Shown here one piece after another: positions 50,315 through 64,000 of a stretch of DNA of 64,000 bases. Position 1 is the first letter of the stretch; the number at the start of each line of letters is the position of its first letter. The notes beneath the pieces are model-generated. The model saw only the letters and a program-made list of their open reading frames with translations. It was not told the DNA's origin and made no database searches. Source of the stretch: Azolla caroliniana. Taxonomy: Eukaryota > Plantae > Polypodiophyta. A program made the position numbers and the translations under genes. The stretch spans positions 1-64,000 of the forward strand of contig JBHGNT010000088.1 in the NCBI GenBank assembly GCA_043228905.1, read 5' to 3'.

Positions 50315-53300
50315 TGTTTTGCATAACCCTTCTTTTTGTCTCTGTTTTTCCCTCTTTGAACTCTGTTTTACGCTTATTTGACTCAATTTTGGCCTTTGTC
50401 TCTCTGTTTTCCTACTTCCTGTCTCTTATCTTGATGCATATTAGAGGCATTGATCAGAATCCACAAATCATATGACAAACCCAAGTAGAGAAATTAAAGG
50501 TCTGATCATTTTTAACTCTGATTTTGATGCATATAAGGTCAAATATTTATATGTATATGAATTTAAAAGGGTAATGGTATCAGATGCCCAAATATGTATG
50601 TTATTATTAACCCTTGGTTGAGAAAACAGCAGTAAATTGAATGGTATGGTAGGCCAATATATTTCTGCTTATCCAAAAAGAAGAAACAGGTAAGAAATCA
50701 AATGCACAAATTGAAAAAATTGACCTGTTCACAATCCTATTCTTAGATATAGAAACAAGAGGCAAGAGTCAAAAGAGAATCCTAGAGAGAGAGAATGAAA
50801 GAAAGAAAGAAAGAAACATATATTAACGTCTTTTAAGAGGCCAAAATGGCCTATAAGAAAGACCAAACAAGAGATTACATCGCAAGTCTTGTCTGGTCTT
50901 TGAGAACAACAAATCAAAATAAATAAATATTTCTAAGTAAATAAGATAAAAGGAGATTAAAGACTCTGGTTTTCGGCACATATAAGAGAGAGATAGAGAC
51001 CCAGTTCTGTGTCCTTGAATAAAGATCCTTTTTGTCCGGACATTCTTTGTCCCACATGCTCTTATTCCACGTGGCTTGTTTCTATAACGAACTAAGCCGG
51101 CCACTGCCAAGGAGTCTTCGAAAGCACAAGGGCGGCCATATGATCATGTCGAGAAGTATGGTCACCAATGCCCAATGCTCACTAGGATGATCCACATTGG
51201 ATCCTTCAAACACCGAGACTACATTGTGTGTATGCTTGTTATCCACACACGTCCAAACCTTCTTCTTGTGCCAACATTCTTCAATTTGTTGTTGCTATTG
51301 TAAAGACATTTGCTTCGTAAAAGATACATCCACACATGGCGATCACATTGCTTTGCTTGTTTAGTGCAATCTTTTCAAAATTATGGACAACGTGCATTCA
51401 GATAATTTGAAGGGCTCCATGTCCATGGTGCTTGGTGTTCAAAATGGGAGGACATTGGCAATCAAATATAGGTTGAGGATCAAAGGTATTGTTTGTGTTT
51501 TTTGGAAGTCTCCATCCAAGCATTTTCTTTCATTCTTTTGTAGGACCAATATTTCATTTTAAGCCTAGAGCACAATTATGAAAATTATGTCCACATATTA
51601 TTCAAAGGAATAGTTCTATTTAGTCCATCTCTAAAACATAGAATCAAAAGTATTTTAGAATGCAAAGCATGGCTTTCATTGTTTGGGTGATGCAAAACAC
51701 AATTGCGTGTGCATAACGCACAACTAAACACTATGGATCAAAACTAGTAAATCTGGATAGATGACTAGTAGCAACATGCCTAAGGACAAATGATGTAGCT
51801 AAGATCAAGTTGAGTTTTCAATTATTCTTATTAGTATTGACTCTTTATCATCTATCATTTGCATTTACATTTGTTATATATAATGTTTTGGGCATCTCCC
51901 GTCTCAGTGAATAGTATGGGACTTGGGTGATGCATGGGTATGTCATCTCATGGGGCTCGTATATTGCATTGTCATATCCAAACATTGTCATATATTTTTA
52001 ATATTGTTTCCTATTTTGCTTGACCTAAAGAGCCATATTGTGTTTGTACATTGTCTTATATGCTTCATGAATGGCTTGAAATCACTATCAATGACATCAT
52101 GATGTCTAAATCCAAGTTGTCCCCATCAAGACCGCAAATTGTAACTTATTAGTCTTAATTCTTACACAACATATTGATATAATGCTATTTATCATAATAT
52201 TTAATAAAAATAGACCTATAGCAACTTTACATGACTAGATTTAAAAATGCAAATCATATGTTTGAATTACGACTCAACTTGGTCATCATATTGGAGGCAA
52301 ATGTGCTCTAGATGCCACATGTAAGAGTACTTTATACCCAACTTTTGGAGCTTCCTCTATCCAGCTTTCTCTACAACAAGGAACATACCCATTCAACTCT
52401 CCACCTTCCAACATATGAATAAAACCTTTAGAGCAATGAAATTGTTGGGAATTTTGTCATAAGAATCTACGCTTGTGTTTTATGTTCAACATTCATCATC
52501 AAGAGCAACGAGCATTTGTGTGACACATTGATCCATGAGGATATGAACCATGTTTCCCGTATGAATGGAAACATTCTTTGCATTAAACCAATCCATGAAT
52601 ACAAGTTTGTACTTCTGCAACATATTTCCTTCAAATAATATATAGAAACTTCTACAAATTTCCTCAATGCATGCTAATGATGCTTCCTTCACAAAGAAAC
52701 CATCACCAATCCAGTTGTAGTCAATGTCATAGAGCCTTCAACCTTGATCAAATGTGATTTTGAAATAATAATTCAAAATGTCACAAGTTGTGAAGTTGTT
52801 AATTTTTATAACAATGTACATGGTGTATGGCTCATATTTTTAGACTTATCTCATAAATACGATAAATGCAGTGAAAAAAAAATCCAATCACTAAATTTAA
52901 GCATGAAAAATCAGGCCCAACTCCATGAAAGTCAAACTCTGCTTCCTATATCATGACACAACTTACTCTTTCAAGTTGGTGACTCTTTGATGATTCTTCC
53001 ATTAATCTCAGATTTGATGGCACAACCCTGGAAGGTTACCTTATAGTTTACATTGCTACAGGAGTATGAATTCTGATATAATACTGCTATAAATGCTCAG
53101 CATATATTCATGCCTCAGGCAACTGCAATCCGCTTCAGAACTATTTACAATATTTATACATGCAGTGCATATATTGCAAAGCATGAATATGTTTTACGAT
53201 CACAACATTGAAAAAAAATTGACAATTTCATATCATGTCTCACATTCATCTGATGCAAGGCACACTAACAATCACAATAGTAGAGAATGTATTGAACATT

Positions 53301-53575
53301 GCTTTGATTATGCCTCTTTAATAGTCGAACAAACAAAAGAAAAGTCTAAAGAATGAGCAAACAAAACAAAATTGGCTACGACCTCAATGCAAGATGCTAC
53401 AAATAATGAACACTTCTTAATTTTGTTGGAAACTTCATTGCTGACTCAATCGACACAACAACAAAAAAACTAAGTCGCAAGCAATACAATAAATCCACTT
53501 GCATTGTATGTGTGAGTTTTAGTAAAATTTTGACCAGTGCTTCAACATTGCACATAAAAACTAATGCAATTCTAT

Positions 53576-54658
53576 TTACCGCCATCGATTGGGCCAATAG
53601 CCATGGACACGATATCCAGTTTTCCAATTATCCAGGTATATGACTCTCTGGACGGCAAGGAAGCCAACCATCATGCATATCAACATGAAGACACGCTGCG
53701 TTGTGGTGTTCTTGATCATTACAAGGAAATGAGTAACGAAACCCATCATCAATCCAAGCACCATATAAAGGGAGCCAACAACAAAGCCTTCAGCACCCAG
53801 TTGAGTACCGGATGCCTGGTAAAAGAACACGAGCTTTCCTGGATTGTTCCTATCGGCCATGAAGAGTGGCATACCCCTAATGATGTTGTGCATGCCACCA
53901 GAGACACTGTAAAAGTACACAAAGAGTGCAAAAGCAGCCCAAACTTTAGGGTTATGGGCAGGCGTGTTACCCGCCAAAAGTTGTTTGATGGCAAAAGGAG
54001 TCACTGCAAGGAGGCCGGCTATGAGGAGAAAGAGTTGCTTTTTATTGATGGGGGGAGGCCTTTTAATGGGACCAACTTTGATCTTTGTTCGAGATTCAAC
54101 AAAGGCAGCCATACCTTCGGCGGCACGGGCAATGTCACTTTGATCCATGGGATCGGCATCTTTTAGTGCGACACCGGGCAAAAGTACAGATATCCGTGGC
54201 AAAGAAGAGACTCCGAAAAGGGCGAAGCTTTGTTGGGATTGTTTAAATTCGAGATCTACAAAGAAGAGTTTAGAGGAGCTGGTGGAGGTACCTTCTTCTG
54301 CATTGCTGTTGTGGATATAGGACGATGAGAGGAGTCCAAATTCGCGTCGGAGGTGTTCCAGTTTTAGTTCCGAGTTCTCTCTGAGTTGGGCCGCATCGAA
54401 GAAGATGACTAATGCGAAGCCGCGACGATTCGTATTCTCTTCCACTACGAATTCCCGGACGCTCGAGTCATCGAACCGGATCACTCCATCGGGGGATCTG
54501 GCCTGTCGTTTTAGAAGCTCTGACACCTTGTCTCTGTTCTTGGAATTGTTACAGAGAACTGGATCCATACACAGAGAGGAGAAGAGGAAGACAGAGACAT
54601 AGAGAAGAAGACGAAGGAGGAGGGAGGAACAAGGTCCCACTTCTGTGCTCCTCGCCAT
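53576..54658 (-). CDS. OST3: Oligosaccharyltransferase subunit OST3/OST6 (TUSC3/MAGT1 family), intronless, 360 aa
   Basis: Signal peptide, thioredoxin-like lumenal domain, TM helices, SGGMHNIIRGMP, QLGAEGF and C-terminal WKTGYRVHGYWP. Confidence 0.95.
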   Translation of the reverse strand: MARSTEVGPCSSLLLRLLLYVSVFLFSSLCMDPVLCNNSKNRDKVSELLKRQARSPDGVIRFDDSSVREFVVEENTNRRGFALVIFFDAAQLRENSELKLEHLRREFGLLSSSYIHNSNAEEGTSTSSSKLFFVDLEFKQSQQSFALFGVSSLPRISVLLPGVALKDADPMDQSDIARAAEGMAAFVESRTKIKVGPIKRPPPINKKQLFLLIAGLLAVTPFAIKQLLAGNTPAHNPKVWAAFALFVYFYSVSGGMHNIIRGMPLFMADRNNPGKLVFFYQASGTQLGAEGFVVGSLYMVLGLMMGFVTHFLVMIKNTTTQRVFMLICMMVGFLAVQRVIYLDNWKTGYRVHGYWPNRWR

Positions 54659-54903
54659 AGCCCGATCTGAATGGAAACAGAGGAGAAGAAGAAGAAGAAG
54701 AAGAAGAAGGGGAGAGTTGGATTTCTTTACATGATAATATATAACCTACTTATTATGTATTACTGTTTACACATTATTTTTCTTTACAAAAAAATTTTGT
54801 GTGTAAATACATAATAGAAGTAATAGTAATACATATGATACATACATACTTACAAGTTACATACATAGTTTTATCTTAGTAACAAGAAGAATAGATAAGT
54901 TTA

Positions 54904-54934
<31 letters not shown>

Positions 54935-56367
54935 TGACATGTTCACTTCTCAAAGTGCCTTGTATCATCGTTACTAACCCATGGGTCTTGGCAAGTCCAT
55001 CGAACCGAAAAATTTTCCATCTTTGTTGCAACGCATTGCAGCAAAGCACCTAAGTGTAGAACATGGTATAGCCTTCACACACTCGCACCTTTGCACATCG
55101 TGTTTGGAAATTCGTCCACACCAAGTTCGTTCGGTACCTACAACGTGTTGAGTGGCTGATGGTGAACAAGTTGTTGTAGTTTAAGGTCAACTATGTAGTC
55201 TATTGCTCAATTGTTGTTCTTCTCCATTTTGACAACGATAGTTGGACCATAGGTGTCCCTTCTAAAGTTGGATTGCAGGTAAACTCAATCCTCACCCTTC
55301 ATCTTTACAATTAAGGTTAAAATTATGGTCATAACATGTGAAAATCGTTTAATTGGATGCCATCCCTTTGTTCGTGAGGAATGCAATTGATAACATAGGT
55401 CTACGTTACCAATTTCCAAAATTCAAATATGACCAAGTTGATTGAGATCTAACACTTTCGTTGAGCATCACAAACCCAACGATTGGCATGCCTCCATATA
55501 ACAATGCATGAAGAGAATCGAAACCTAGTGAAAAAAATAAAATGGAGGTTAATATATTAGTCAACAAATATATTGCATATATAACTATGACACAATGAGT
55601 CACAAAGGACTTGTTCGCCTTTGCCAATGTACTCAATCATGCCCATTTTATCTACTTTGTCTCCGTCAGTATATATTTCTCCGTTTCCAAGTTTGTTCAT
55701 CACTGTATTAGTGAAGGCAATAAAGAGCTACGTATAGTTTATAGGATTTATCATTCGGTGAATGCTATAAACGGTGATGAGGGGACATCGAGTAGTCCAA
55801 ACCATGCCTAAAATCGAGTAGCTGAGACGGTGTGTCACGGGAGCTGCCCCATCGTGGAACCCAATCAAGATCATGTGTGCAACCCCTTTGATGCCGAGGC
55901 ATATATTTGAAAATATGCAATGGTCTAGATTTTGGGCGGAACGTAATATGGAGAAGCATTTGAGAAAATGGCATGAGGTGACCGGGGGTCGGGGCCCGGC
56001 CATGTTGGGCCATGGGGGGGGGGGGGGGGGGGGCGCGGCGATCGTGTCCGAGGTATGTTGGTTCGGTCCCAATGTGTTGCTTTTCCGCATGGTCATTCAA
56101 ATTTCACACAAATGTCATCCAAGCAAGCCATTTTGGATTGAGTTTGGAGATGGGATATGATATTATGATATGACGCTCACAGTCTCTCTCTCTCTCTCTC
56201 TCACTCTCACTCACTGTCTTTGCATGAGTACATATCCCACATACAAGCGACATACGCAGACACCTACACGCTCAGAGAGATTCAGAAAGAGATAGAGAGA
56301 GAGTGTGCGTGTCTGTGTGTGATCTCCGTTCTGAAATCGAAGGTTTCTCCCCGACAGCGGAGTAGCT
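54659..56367. promoter_or_regulatory. Divergent (head-to-head) intergenic region between OST3/6 and PgiC
   Basis: Start codons 1.7 kb apart, facing away from each other; (TTC)n and (CT)n leader-type tracts next to each gene; G20 run at 56014-56033. Confidence 0.6.
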
Positions 56368-63219
<6,852 letters not shown>

Positions 63220-64000
63220 GTAACTTACACAGCCAAAAATGTCTTAATGGAGTTTCTATTTATGTTTATTGTGCTGCATTATCATTATATTCTTTTGTGA
63301 GTTTTGGTGACTGCATCTTAAGTCGAAAGTTAGTAAGTGAGCTATTTTACATAGGTTCTTGACAGAATCATCATGCTATAATCTACCAGAAATTCGTTAT
63401 ATAAACTCTGATGGCATTTCATGAACCATGACGTTAATTATAAACGAGCTGTTAAGGCTCTGTTCTTGACACTTGTACTTTGTTTGTCGCTCCATAACGA
63501 TCATGTTGGTTGACCTTAGACCTTGAAAACCCTATATCCCTAAACCTTAAACGTTTATTGCTGCCGAACTATTGTACAGCTTGTCCATCATATCCCGTAT
63601 CATGCTGGTTGTTACATGGCATTTCATGGACAATGTGGGTGGTTGTGACATCAATACTTGGTTGATTGTGGTCAGAGGTGGGTCATCCAAGTTATGGTTA
63701 GATAATTGGGTGGATGTGCTAGCAATCTTTAACTTCCTTCAGGCCTTCTTTTAGACCACCATTATACCAGATGGAGTGAGTCGGTGGTTGAGGAAGTGAA
63801 TATTCCAAATTTGGCTGAGTCCAAACTGTAGGACCCTGCTGAATCAAGTCAGGCAGGCTGTTTTCACGGTAATGATATCAAAGATGGTGAAGTCTTAATG
63901 AAATATAAGGTTATGGGCTTCAATAGTCGAATTTAGTGCCAGATGTTCCCTAACCATTATGAAGCTTTATGGAGAGGAAGAGGAGCATATATGTAAATGT

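Noticed and set aside
51000-52750. Possible DNA-transposon remnants (also 3662-4090, 39200-40560, 45300-46060) and a LINE-like piece at 63550-64000
   Set aside because: No convincing motifs or terminal repeats identifiable by eye
53576-54658. Missing CxxC and lack of introns in OST3/6 as novelty or a retrocopy
   Set aside because: Plant OST3/6 proteins are known to lack the CxxC motif; the ORF is intact, with no poly(A) or TSD

Overview
Eukaryotic nuclear DNA from a land plant, most likely a fern or another seed-free plant. The evidence is an unedited plastid ndhC/ndhK insert needing dense C-to-U editing, Tcn1-type chromoviruses and a plant PgiC exon pattern. The left ~31 kb is a nest of decayed transposons: three chromodomain-type Ty3/gypsy copies, a non-chromovirus gypsy, a complete 4.9-kb gag-only relative of it, LINE and copia remnants, a 178-bp satellite with a trimeric higher-order repeat, a NUPT and a decayed duplicate of the neighbouring AVT1 gene. 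The right half holds four host genes: an AVT1-family amino-acid transporter (-), an O-fucosyltransferase-family glycosyltransferase (-), OST3/6 (-) and cytosolic PgiC (+, running off the window). The most notable signals are a tRNA-independent self-priming site and a -1 frameshift cassette in the chromovirus, a tRNA-Trp-primed non-autonomous element with a 4-bp TSD, the 178-bp satellite, and a duplicated 3' splice site in the glycosyltransferase gene. All coordinates and alignments were made by eye.
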